Notes: generated by a model not told the origin, from the letters alone. A stretch of 64,000 bases of DNA from Gammaproteobacteria bacterium (GCA_965222155.1 CBDCTH010000004.1:32001-96000), one strand, 5' to 3'; numbered from the stretch's first letter, positions 1-31,718 are shown. A program made the numbers and translations.

Positions 1-10932
<10,932 letters not shown>

Positions 10933-11123
10933 TCTCTAACACCGGCATTACCTGCGCGCTACGGAAATAAACTTTGTAGCGTGCGCGCACTCGACTACGC
11001 CCAATTGCGCTGGCGTCATGGCAACACATTTAAAGTAGCCAATCAAGATACGAGTAGACACAGCGTCATCAACTTCACTGATAGTTGTTGTCTTGTGGGT
11101 GTTAGTGCGAGTTTCGTCTTCCT
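10933..11123. promoter_or_regulatory. Putative bidirectional promoter between MAPKAP1 and FAM72
   Basis: 191 bp between divergent ATGs, CpG-rich. CCAAT at 11001-11005 and 11039-11043, X-box-like GCGTCATGGCAAC at 11013-11025, TTTAAA at 11029-11034. Confidence 0.7.
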
Positions 11124-12637
11124 ATGAATGATCCGTTGTGCAATATACCATCAGCCTTCTTGTCCAAGGCTGTCTTCAACCTGTACTGTGTGCACTGTGA
11201 TCGCACGCTTTGTCGACGGGGAATGAAGGCCATTTTATTAGCCGACACAAACGTCGAGCTCTTTTCAACAGATATACCCCCTACAAGGTGAGAGGAACGT
11301 TTAGTGCGGCTGGTAATGTCGCGGACTAATATCGCTTGTTCAGTGTTGTTGTTTGCTGTGCTAGAGGTGTGCAGCTCGTCGGAGACGACTATGTGACGAA
11401 GAACTGTGCGTGCTGTATCAGAGATATCGCTTGCAGGGGATGGTGAGTTGTTAGCCTTCTATGCGTTTCCTTTTTTAACCAACAAAACGGGTGGGCAACT
11501 TCAAAAAAATTTGTCGCCGAATTATGTATGACGTCACCCGCCGGCCATACTTATAGTCTAAGTGCGTGCTGTCGGCAATAAGTTGTCAGAGGCCAACAAA
11601 ATCTCGCCATGCATGCAACGTTGTGATTATTTACGTCTACTAGCTGGTATAGGTTGACAGTATCTAGACAAAGAACCACGTACTGTACACCCTTTTGTGG
11701 TACTGTTGCAAAGAAACTGGTGCATGATATTTGATAGATTGTGTATTTACCACCAGTAAGTATGACAAAATCAGAGCACATTTGGCACTATCGAGTTCAT
11801 CATCTAGGTTCTGATTTTGTTGTTGCTAGATGCCTGTACACGCATTCATGGTTGTTGGGGTAGACAGCTGGCATGCATGGTCACCTTGTGGCCATGCAAC
11901 CAGTTTTGTTGCTCTCTTTATCAAGTTTTGCTTTTGGGTCTCTTCAGTATACCGAGTTCATCCAAATAAGTCCTCGAGGGCAAGGGGCTTGCTTATTTAT
12001 GTATGGGTCTTGAAACTTTCACAGCACTTTTGTGGCCCCCATAATACCCACTCTTAGCCAGTGTAGATTGTTTTCTGCAAGCTCAGTGTAAAATGGAGCA
12101 TTGGCAGGTACAGGATTGATTGATGAACTAATAGTAGCAGCTGCTTTACGCATGTACAAAACCATCACCCCTGTCCTTGATGGTGCCACAGCACTTATGA
12201 TATACACCATGCTGAGTTGGCAAGGATAGGGTCTCCAAACATCCATGCAGTAGAGAACATTATTCTTAGAATGACACTCTGATTTACATTAATCGTTGTT
12301 GATCCCTCTGTCTGTATGTCACCTTTTCACTGGTGTACAGGAAAGCAGATTTCTAAACAAGTTTTGATTGACTGCACATTCGGTAGTACTAACATAAGAT
12401 TTCTGTTTCAGTGGCAACATAGCTGGTTACCATGTGACCCTACCATGCAAGCCATGCCTTCGTGCATGTAATAATGGTCACTTTTGGATGTACAATGCAG
12501 GCTGTGTGTGGGCAGAGGAACGGGTGGATATGACAGGCACATGTGTACTGACATGGGCAAATCTGGAACCTTATGTTGGTGAGGGAAAGGATAAGCTGAA
12601 AGCAAGCATCAACTGTGAATTAGAGGGACTGAGATAG
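11124..12637 (+). CDS. FAM72: FAM72 family protein (3 exons: ~11124-11287, ~11365-11442, ~12412-12637)
   Basis: MNDPLCNIPSAFLSKAVFNLYCVHCDRTLCRRGMKAILLADTNVELFSTDIPPT|RGVQLVGDDYVTKNCACCIRDIACRGC|GNIAGYHVTLPCKPCLRACNNGHFWMY. Carries the FAM72 signatures RGMKAxLLADT..LFSTDIPP and CNNGHFWM. Confidence 0.93.
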
Positions 12638-13882
12638 AGTTAGTTATACTGGAGTAATGCTACAATGTAGTTGATTGATACAATTTTACGTGCTTATCTT
12701 CTTACAGTAAATGAACTTGAGTTTCAGTTTCAGTCTGAGAATACCATATTGCCTACTGCAGAGAATACACCTTACTGTATATTCTAGGGTCTAAGCCCAG
12801 GGGTCTTTTTAGAGAATTTTGAGTAGAGGGTGACAATGAGATCAGTTGCTGGGGAATAGGGTTTCTCTTGTCAAGCCACTAGATTATCCACTATTGAGAT
12901 CCATGATAACTGAGTCCAAACAGTGATGTACTGTATGCACTGTTTCCATTAAACCTTTGTGAGTGCATGACCAGTTATCACCTACTAGTGTAGGCCAGGT
13001 TCAGGAAGTCCCAAGGGTCCCTGTTTCCTAGCAATAGGGATTCCTGTCACCCTGTAACCTAACTTTTCCAATAAGTGCATGTAACAATATGGCTTGTCTC
13101 TTTACTAAACCATTATAGCCTTAGGTGACAGCAAGAGTGAGGAGTATTATGACATTCAACTATGAAAATGTAGGGATGGCATACACTGTAAAAGGGAAAC
13201 AGGTACGTAGTTACAAATGTGAGCCATTTTAGATCTTTTCTCCTTTAACCCACCTGAGTTCTGATGTAGGGACTAGGTAGGAAAGAGTCAATATAATGAA
13301 ACACAAACAAAACCTAGGGTTACCAGGGGGAATCATGTATTACTTTCTCACTTTGGAGACTGTTTTTGTTGAAATTACAATTTATCCCAGAATTTGGCTC
13401 CTTTGTTGAAGTGATTTCGGCGTTTCCTGGGGTTGGAATGTCCGGAAAACAGAAAAAGCAACAGTCCCTGAGAGATCTGGTCTTTTTTACCCTGACACCA
13501 TTGCTTCTTGGATTTCTTTTGTGACTTTGCCTCGAAAACTTGCCAACATCAAAGAATTTCTGTTGTCAGTGACATTTTCAGTCTGTTATTGGGAATAGCA
13601 CACAAATTAGGGTACGAAGCAGCACAACAAGACAAGATCATAGGCCAGATCTCAGGTCCTCAACACTTCTTTACATTAAATTGGGTTGATCCACTGTGTC
13701 TGAAATCACTACAGTACGTACTTGTAGAGATGTATTACATGAATGGGTAGAACAATAAATTCAATAACTCTCAACAAAATGAATGAAAATCACACCACAT
13801 AACACAGGGACATCAAACTATTCAACATCCATTTAGCCTGTCATGCTAACTTCTCATAAAAAATCTCTGTGCAACCTGCCTA

Positions 13883-23021
<9,139 letters not shown>

Positions 23022-23142
23022 CGCTTATCTCAAAATATACGGGACATTCAGTTGCACGTGCAATGTCAGCTCGATTGGTATCACGTAAATATACACGTGC
23101 CTCCCTCGACACTGGAGGGGAACAGTAGTAGCCAGTGTACAT

Positions 23143-23219
23143 GTAGTAGCTGTACATGTGACAGAATTATTTCGGGTAGCCAGGTGTAGTAGCTGTACAT
23201 GTGACAGAATTATTTCGGG
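23143..23219. repeat. Tandem duplication of GTAGTAGCTGTACATGTGACAGAATTATTTCGGG
   Basis: Two copies 43 bp apart, upstream of SRPK. Confidence 0.85.
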
Positions 23220-24122
23220 AAGGTCACATGCACGGTGATATGGATGACCATGGCCATAGATAATTTATTCGGAGTGGGAGGGATAGCTTCCGGATTGTAA
23301 CTGTTACACCACAGATCAGGAATCCTCTTCCATGAAGCTGAGTGACCGTTCGGATGAGTCAGTATAGTGCTAATTGATTCGACATGTACATTTAACATGG
23401 AATCTCTTGTCTGCAACACTGTCAGAGGCTACAAATGAGTTTTACGACAAAAACCGTCAAAGTGTGGAACTTTAGCTGGAAGGATTATTGCTGAAAGTTA
23501 TAGTGTCACTTGACCTGCTTCCAGCATATGGTGTGACATATGGTAAGTTGCATGGGTGCGGGCATTACTTTAAATTTACTTGGCATGGTCTCTGAAAGCA
23601 GCAACAGATGAGCAAGCAAAAGCAACATCAGGACATTTGGAAGAAGGACTTCTGGAGAAAGATGTGGAAACAGAAACAACGTTAACAGTAGTCATGATAG
23701 TGATGATGATATCAAAAGTGAGGATTCAGTATTAAACTTTGTGGTCGAGATAAAGAGATGGAGACTCTTGTCCAGACCACATTGCCAGTCAACAGATTGG
23801 GGAGACCATGTATTTTTCTTTTGTCCAATACAACTTACAAAGGGAAGAACAAGGTTACAATCCTTTGGTGCCAGGGTTGATGATCAAACAGATCATCAAT
23901 TTACGGTTACAATGTATGATCCTGTGAAGGACATCGTGATTGTAACCAGAAAATGACTGCAGGCGTCTCAGTCTCCTATTTGGAAGAGCATTGTGTTGTG
24001 GGGAGTATTACACCACGGGGTATTTGAATAGAATTCTGTGAACATATTCAATATCATGAAATGTCAAGTTGCAAAAGGAACATGGCATATGCACTCTTAG
24101 TAATTCTGTAACATTACTATAT

Positions 24123-25117
24123 GAAGGGCTGAGTGCAAAAAGGGCCTATGAGCCAAATAATAGTTATTGAGTAAAACTACTTTAAAGTGCAAGTAAAGCT
24201 TCTTCAGCATAATTTAACTCTTTTAAGACGAAGTAGAATCCATTTGGTAGCATTTTTATTCCCCTATCCACCCGTGCATGCCTAACCCCCTACTGTGCTT
24301 ACGTAAACATGTCAGAATTTATATTAATGTTCAACGTCACGCCTTGGAATCGGACCCATGAGAAGTAGCTGCTGTCAGACCGTCATAGAATGGCACGTAC
24401 TGCGGAGGAAGGTATGGAATCATCTTCCGAAGGTCTCCCAACTTCAGAGCCTTAATCGGATTCCCAGCGGGGTACTTCTTCCGTAATTGGCGTGGGAATA
24501 TCGCTGGCTCTCTTCGTGATGTTTACCTTTCTCCATGGTTCGTCTTCTGAATAGCTGAATCGAAGCCAAATGACGCCTGGATGTTTGACAGTTGTTTTTT
24601 TCCCATCAATAACCTCTTCCCCTTCTCCGTAATTTATCCAGAGTGCTTTGCTTTTTACCACCAGGTAGATATTCTGCTGTTGATAGCTTCCTGTTTCGTA
24701 AAAGGCCTTGCAGATCCGCTCAGCTTCTTCGGATGAAACCTTACGACGGCATTCTTTGCCGCAGCGACAAGTTATGGCTTTCACCGTTCTTTTCTCGACC
24801 GTTCTTCCTTCAGAATCCACGTGTTCTTCTCCCGAGGCTTTCAGTCTCTTCCTCTCGTTCCTCTCCCACGAGTCAGGATTCCGCAGACGCTTCCTTCCTT
24901 TCCTAACAGTGGTTTCCATTTTAAATACGGGAATGTAGCCAAGTGCGCTAAGTATCACGTGACCTATCGGAACAAAAGCTGCTCTCCCTCCGTAGATTCT
25001 CAACCAACAGGTACGAAACTTTGGATTATGGTAGCTAGAAAGTAGACCTATTAGTTTTCGGGTCTAACTCGATTTCGGAAAAAATGTCGCATAGGCCCTT
25101 TTTGCACTCAGCCCTTC
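24123..25117 (-). mobile_element. Internally deleted DNA transposon (Sola1-like)
   Basis: Perfect 28-bp TIR GAAGGGCTGAGTGCAAAAAGGGCCTATG with ATAT duplication (24119-24122, 25118-25121). The ORF at 24452-25003 has a transposase-type N-terminus (RKRLRNPDSWERNERKRLKASG..CRCGKEC..FY..QQQNIYL) fused to a C-terminus ending KLGDLRKMIPYLPPQYVPFYDGL in another frame. No catalytic core. Confidence 0.8.
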
Positions 25118-25531
25118 ATATATACTACATGATCATGAGCAGTACTAGTACTGTAGGGAAACATTTGACGTCATAGGTATCTCTAAGGTCACAAATACCA
25201 ATAAAATTTCGTTGAGGGGGTCAACTCATATGAAAACAGGTGTAAATCAAGTAGCTGTCTTTTATTGGTCTATACACAAAAATACCTGTCAGAATTTAGT
25301 TGTAGCAGTTTTGGCTAGGTCAAATTTAATTGTACTGTGCCTTAAGAATTTAGTTGCACCATTTAAGACTTTGGTGTACATGACACAGAAAGTCTTTCCT
25401 AGAGCGTTTGCACTAGTTGGTGATTGCTCACAATAAAAGTCACTACTTGGTAGAAGCTACTTTCTCCATTCAACATATGGCATTGGGTAAAAATGTGTAC
25501 TTTTGCACTTACTTGAACACAAGTTCTAAGA

Positions 25532-28500
25532 CTAAGATTTAACAGTAACTTCCTTAAAATTGGGATTTCTAGTTGGTTTCCACTGCTGTAGCCTAGCAAT
25601 CTTTTTGAGCAGAGTCTTCCAGTAACATGACACTTCCTTCAGTGTCAGATGATTGGCTACAAAATTGTAGCCCCTGAAAATGAATACACACAAAATACAT
25701 CACTTGAATTGTTCACAACATGGCAGAGCCACACAGACACCTTTCTGCAATGTCTTGAGCAACTTGATCATTCTCACGAGCAAACTCCAGCAGCTCCCTA
25801 ATTATACACGACACAACAGCAGAAAATGAACCAACTCATTGCTTTATTATTAACCACTATACAAGCTTGCTCTTAATTAAGAGCCATAAGATATGGACCC
25901 AATGGACTATCCAAGCCGGGATGATCCTAACTAACGCTAAAAAGCCCAATGTGGTACAAAGCATAAGATTAATTTCTTAATTGTGAGTTCCAAGTGTGTG
26001 GAAGGTTTGTCATGAGTGCAGTGTTATTTTCTGTACTAATACTGGTGCTCTTACTCTCTTGATGATGTACATAGCTGGGTTGTCCACTCACCTTGCTTCT
26101 CCCAGGCTAACAGAAACCGGGATGTAGTGAACCCATGGTTTCAATTCTGGGTAGAAAAATTCAATCCACTCATCACCAACATGAAACACAAGAGACTTGC
26201 ACAAAAACAAATGTTTGAAACGAAAACTGGCAGCAACACCGCGGAAATTAAAGAGATACCTACCAAAACAGAAGCCAATAATACTACTTCACACATAAAT
26301 GACAGCTACACAGTCACTGACTTGTAATTACAATGATCTTCCAGTTTCACTTCCTTGGCTGGTGGGGCACCAAGAGTATCCTAGGAAGTCCATACATTGA
26401 CAATGGCAATGGCTATACTACTTAAGTCTACACAACCATACACCATCAGACTTCCAAGCTTGGTTCTTTGTGTACGAGGCATTCACAAGGTCTGGCTCTT
26501 GTCGAGACAACAGAATGAGAGGGTCTCGTTCAGCAGTTGTTCTGTTGTATGTTATACACATTAGTTTGACATACATAGCTGGTATTAAAAGTCAACATCT
26601 CACCTTGAACCAATGAAGAACCCTTTAGGCTCTTTCTTCTCCCATGGCCACACAATAGCTTTTCTACAACAAATGTGAGCTGCAAGAAACTACAAGAAAT
26701 GTACTGCTTGCTGTTACACAAACTTCATGAGAAGATCTCTCTGCACATCCCAACGTCCCAATCCTGTGGGATAGATAGGCCATACAGCAGGACCTCCCTC
26801 CCAGAACGTCCATGCTGGGTACATGATGTCTTTCTCACGGGGAGTTTTGCTGAATGACATGACAGGCAGCGGCTTAGTCCTTACAGGCACCTTGACAGAG
26901 AAACCAGCTGCATCATCATTAGGACCTTTACATGGGATTGACAGACTACTTTTGGATAATCTTGTACATTGATTATAAGTTCCATGTCTGGCAGACGGTC
27001 CAGTAGTTCCACAATGAAATGTTCAATACCAGAACATCTACCACAAAACAGTAAATTACTAATAAAATGAAAAGTGAATTATTCCTATGGAAATTTGTCA
27101 TTTAGAATACAGCAAACATTTAGAGAACACATGCCCATAATACAGTGGCACACCCACATGGCCACTAGCTGAATTTCAACACCCTGGAATTCAGATACAG
27201 TATGCAGGGTCTGGGAACAAGGCTACCTCTATCCTGGTATCATTCTATGTATTGTTTTCTACACTGCCACACTGGAGAAGTTAATTATTTAAGGTACTGT
27301 ACACTGTAACCATTTCGCTTTTTCAAAAATGTTACAAAATAATTTGCTGATTACCATATACTGTCCACTGTGACCTCCTAGCCTTATCCCCAGCAGGAGT
27401 GGCAATGTCCATCCCTGGCCAAGGCCCTGATGACAGTCATCTACGCCTTGGCCAGTGATGGACATCAACACTCCAGCTGGGGACGAGGCTAATGACCTCC
27501 TGCTTCAGCTAAAACTTACAATTTAGAATTTTCTCAGAAATTTGTTGTCCAAATGTACATACAAGTTGTAGGGACACCCAATGTAACCCCACTTTCATGC
27601 ACGAACTCTAGTTAGTCTTTTATGCTTTCATGGCAGTTTTTCTGCTCTTCTGTTACCTGTTCTTACCCACACTCTGATTACAACCTCATCGGGTCATTTC
27701 TGTCATAGTTTAATTCAACCTAATTCTCACAGAACTCACTAGACTTTGTCAACGTTTTGCAATAAGGGCAGAATCCAGTGCCGTAGTGGTTCATAATAGG
27801 AAAATGGCACCTGATCACAACCACGCCCACTTTCATATACCATTCAGGTTTCTTCATGTTGGAGCAATTTTACATCCTTGAAACAACTCAGATGATACAC
27901 CCAAGAGGTCAGCGTACCATAACAACAAGATGTATTAGCAGTTTGCCACTGCACAATTTTATTATAACAACAACAGCATTCCTCTAATTTGTGTACGTAC
28001 AATGAATACAAATTACTTGCCCAATGTAACATACACTGTATTGCAACGCAATATTTTCAAGCTCACAAATGTTAATCACAATGAAGATCCTGAATAAGCA
28101 AAAACTCCCTGCTAAGTCAGTATTATGGTAATGCCTGCTCCTTCTGCATAATACAAATTAAGACTATCTGTTATGGATTGACCAAGGAGCAATTTGCCAG
28201 ACAGACACTGTTAGTAGCCTCGTCCCCAGGTGTTGGTTGATTTTGGTCCCATCCAAAGCCCAGATGGTCTCATCTCTACAATGTTATGGAGATGAGGTCA
28301 TCCGAGCTTTGGCTGGGGATTGAAATCAACACAATGTCTGGGGCAAGGCTAAACTGGTAGTGGTTCAAGCATTACTAAATCAAATCTATGTAATACCTCT
28401 TTTATTACACTAAAAAAGTGACTGATGCCAATGCAAATTGTTTGTTTAGGTTTAGAGCAGAACGTAGCAATGTGTGGAACTATGTAGTTTTATCCCAAAT

Positions 28501-29350
28501 TCAGGTCTATATGTACATTTGCAAAAGCCTCATTCGGAGGTGTCCTTCCAAGGCATTGTGGCATTCCTCAAATTTATGGCAGTCACTACAGAATTATTTG
28601 CTAAATAACTTCCACATCAATCACCTCTCCTCAAGGGCATTCTACTACATTTCATGGAGGTCTAGAATTTTGCTAACTGAAAATCATATAATGCCACACC
28701 ATGCCAATCAACAGCCCACCTGAAAGGAAACATGCAGTCGTTCTGTCTGTATAGCCTGTGCTTGATAATCTGGTAGTGCACTCCTTTGGACACTGCTTCA
28801 TCAAAAACTTCTTTGCTAATGCCATCCTTCCAAATGCTTAGATCTTCCTCAATCACAGACGAATAGCATCCACCATCACACTTTTCAGTAGAACATTCCT
28901 CGTACAGAGAAACAGCCTCATTAATATTCTTCATGTACTTCTCCCAATGGCCATCTACACAAAACAATTAGATGACAAAAATGGATATCATCCACAAAGT
29001 TAGAAGAGCCGCAGATGGATCAACCAGTACAGTATACATAGAAGACCAATGAAGATATTCATCCACTGTACTTCTAAAATGAACATGCAGGACAAAAACG
29101 TTGACTTCCTTAGTGAAACTTTTTAGGTAGCTCTATAATATATCCTCAAAAATACGTGTTCACCAGCGTTAGGCGACGTTAACGCGCGCTAGACATGCAG
29201 CTTACGTTTGGAATATTTGCCAGTCACTCGGCTTTCAGCCTCATCTATGCAGCTTCCAGCTTCGTCTCTGCGAGTACAGTGGCCTCCTTCTGATTCGCCC
29301 TTGCAACACACCAATAACAAGAAGAAACAGACAGCCACAGGCATTGACAT
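25532..29350 (-). CDS. POGLUT1: Protein O-glucosyltransferase 1 (Rumi; CAP10/GT90), multi-exon
   Basis: Signal peptide [18 protein letters not shown]; [22 protein letters not shown]|[28 protein letters not shown]; [28 protein letters not shown]; [48 protein letters not shown]. Confidence 0.95.
27379..27491. mobile_element. Short hairpin MITE (TAGCCT..CCCCAG / CTGGGG..AGGCTA family)
   Basis: Palindromic over most of its length; a related copy lies at 28215-28351 and a half copy at ~27208-27224. Confidence 0.7.
28215..28351. mobile_element. Short hairpin MITE with the same termini
   Basis: TAGCCTCGTCCCCAG...CTGGGGCAAGGCTA with imperfect internal inverted arms. Confidence 0.7.
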
Positions 29351-29400
29351 CCTGTCACTACCACGCATGCGCACAATAGAGACACGTGTCACAAGAACGA

Positions 29401-29457
29401 TTGTATTTATCAGACTACCAGGAAGTCTTTACCTGGCAATCGTCATTACACAATACA
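29401..29457 (-). promoter_or_regulatory. SECIS element 2 (distal) of the MSP mRNA
   Basis: Minus strand GUAUUGUGUA-AUGA-C-GAUUGCCAGG-U-AAA-GACUU-CCUGGUAGUC-UGAU-AAAUAC. AUGA/GA core, 10-bp uninterrupted helix II, apical AAA, lower helix GUAUU/AAUAC. Confidence 0.88.
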
Positions 29458-29515
29458 CCCTTGCAATTTGTTCATTCTAATTCTGTACACTACAAAAGAC
29501 CAGCTTCTCTGGCAT

Positions 29516-29577
29516 GTCACTAACAATCAGACATTCCTGCCGTGTGGGGTTTAACAGAAATGCATCATCAATGTGAC
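29516..29577 (-). promoter_or_regulatory. SECIS element 1 (proximal) of the MSP mRNA
   Basis: Minus strand GUCACAUUG-AUGA-UGCAUUUCUGUU-AAA-CCCCACAC-GGCAGGAAUGUC-UGAU-UGUUA-GUGAC. AUGA-N12-AA-N22-GA spacing, helix GCAUUUCUG/CAGGAAUGU, lower helix GUCAC/GUGAC. Confidence 0.85.
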
Positions 29578-29633
29578 CATAGCCATAAAAACTGGTTAAA
29601 AGGTACATCATATTCCAAAGTCATCCCAGCCAT

Positions 29634-31301
29634 TTACTTTGCTCGAAGTTCTCTCCACTTTTGCCGTATTTTGAGGCACTGCTGTTTGATATTTGCATTC
29701 CACATAACACCAATAGCCAAAAGAACAAACCCGGTGTACGTCAGTATTACAGTGAAGAGAATGCCAACTGAAGTGAGGCAATGAACATTTTCTGATTCAC
29801 AGCCAATACGGTACTCAGCTGAGCCCTACAACAACACAAAATGGTGGTTAACATACAGGTACAGGTCTGACAAACAGTGGGAAGTGTCAGCTGTGCTAGA
29901 AAGAGCTGGAGGATGACAATGCACTAAAAGAGGCTGGAGTCAACATTCCCCTGGCATAGCCTCCTCCTTGAGCTTGTCATTCCGGATACTCTCCAGGGCA
30001 TGTTGACAAATAGTTCGACCAGTTCATTCATTACGCCATCACAATTTCAGAGCCAGCGTTGATGGACAGTCTTAAACTCTAGATCAACACACCATGCTTG
30101 AAAGAAGTTGGGCACTAACAGGTGAGTCAGTTTTCAAGTTTCCCTAACCAGGCATACTACACTCCTAAACCATTGCAGTGGTCTGTCTTTCACTCTCATC
30201 AGGCAACTAGGTGTTTCTCAAGGAATTCATGTGCTACACCTGATCAGTGCAAGTCAATTTCTGAAATGTGATCATGACTCATGGTTAGGGAGGTAAAGGG
30301 GGTCTGTCAATGTTGTGTTCAAATTAAAGGGAGGGTAAGAATTAATCCAAACATTGTTCAGACTTCAACATTTTATATATGTCCCCCAAACCATTTCTGT
30401 TTCACAAACATTGATTTATCACTAACCACATTACTAGTACTCTAGCCAGTGACGACTACCATTTCCAGTTACAACGTGTCAAGTACAGCATGGATGAACT
30501 ACATATAGGAAATGCACACAGCATAAGTTCAAAACAGTACATCTTTTTATGGTCCTATACGCTTTCGCTTCAGCTGTAGTAAGCAAATTGAATTTCAGTA
30601 GTACATAAACAAAAGATAAGAGAGACAGGGATTGCTCCTCTAAAGAGTTTTGTTGAAGCTGATATTCTAGCGTAAACAACTTTGAAGATTACTCATCAGC
30701 CTTTTGGAGGGATTACTCTGTACACTAAACGGCTGCTACAGCACCACTGTGACGTCACGTACACAACATGGGGACAAAAAGACCTGTTCATTACCATTCC
30801 ATTCCTCATGCTACTAGGCCAAAGACCACCGTCCTGCAGCACGTGACGCAGCGGTTCCGCCATGATGAAGATGGACGCCAACACGACGAGAATGAGAGGC
30901 CCGTATTTGTCTGGCCCTTTCCTCTGCCTCGCTTTGTAGATAATGTAGATGAGTAGTAGCAACAGCATAGTGGCTGTTATGACGATGCCCACTATGTGAC
31001 CAATTGACCGCGCTGCCGCCGTCACCGTCCCCGAAAAGAGGCCAATGACCAGCGCGGGCCAACATCATGCGCCAATAAGAGCCGGAATAGAGAAGATAAG
31101 AGTCAGGATAGAGATGACCAACCCTCCTTTGCCTCCCTTCTTCTTCCTCATTTTCTTTCCATCTTCTATCTCCTTATCGAACTGCGACCCGCTGTTCACG
31201 GTGCCAGCCTTCTCGCCGAACAGAGGCGTTGTCTCGCTTTCTCAGTCACCGCATTCCACGTCTGATTCGACCTTCTTGCCTTCGGACGGCATGGCACTCA
31301 T
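29634..31301 (-). CDS. MSP: Membrane selenoprotein (MSP family) with two in-frame UGA codons; exons 31301-30795 and 29825-29634, 232 aa
   Basis: Single frame MSAMPSEGKKVESDVECGD(U)ESETT...GGLVISILTLIFSIPALIGA(U)CWPALVIGLFSG...YGPLILVVLASIFIMAEPLRHVLQD...|GSAEYRIGCESENVHCL..ILTYTGFVLLAIGVMWNAN..WRELRAK*. UGA at 31242-31244 and 31065-31067; phase-0 GT-AG intron; two SECIS downstream. Motifs match Dictyostelium MSP as I recall it. Confidence 0.88.
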
Positions 31302-31718
31302 TGTTTACTTCCAGAAACGTAGGTCTTTCGCAAATATGATGATGCAAAGATGCAATGAGCAACCGGAAGGCAAGTCACAAGACGAGTCACAAGACTGTCT
31401 CAAGTTGCTAGCAATACCTGCCCGTATGACATGACATTAGGAGGCGTGGCAAATGCGATTGAGCCCAAGTAATAAGGGACCGTCCGTAATTGCCGTATTT
31501 TTTAGTAGAGAGATAAACCAGGGTTAGTTGAAATTATTTGTGGGCAGCCATATGCATGTAAACAGTGCTTTCTTGTCTCAATTTTTACTAGCTAGCTACA
31601 CAGCAATTATTAGTTCAGTACAAACGTTAATTAACGTTTCAATAGCAGTCTGTAAATTATAAGTAAGCATTCCAATTTCAATGTCATACCCAGCTGCATG
31701 AGGGGAAAGTATGGTGTT

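Noticed and set aside
30696-31025. 109-aa ORF as a stand-alone membrane protein, or the locus as a pseudogene with premature stops
   Set aside because: It is the middle of MSP exon 1. Both stops are TGA in Cys-containing motifs and two SECIS elements follow.
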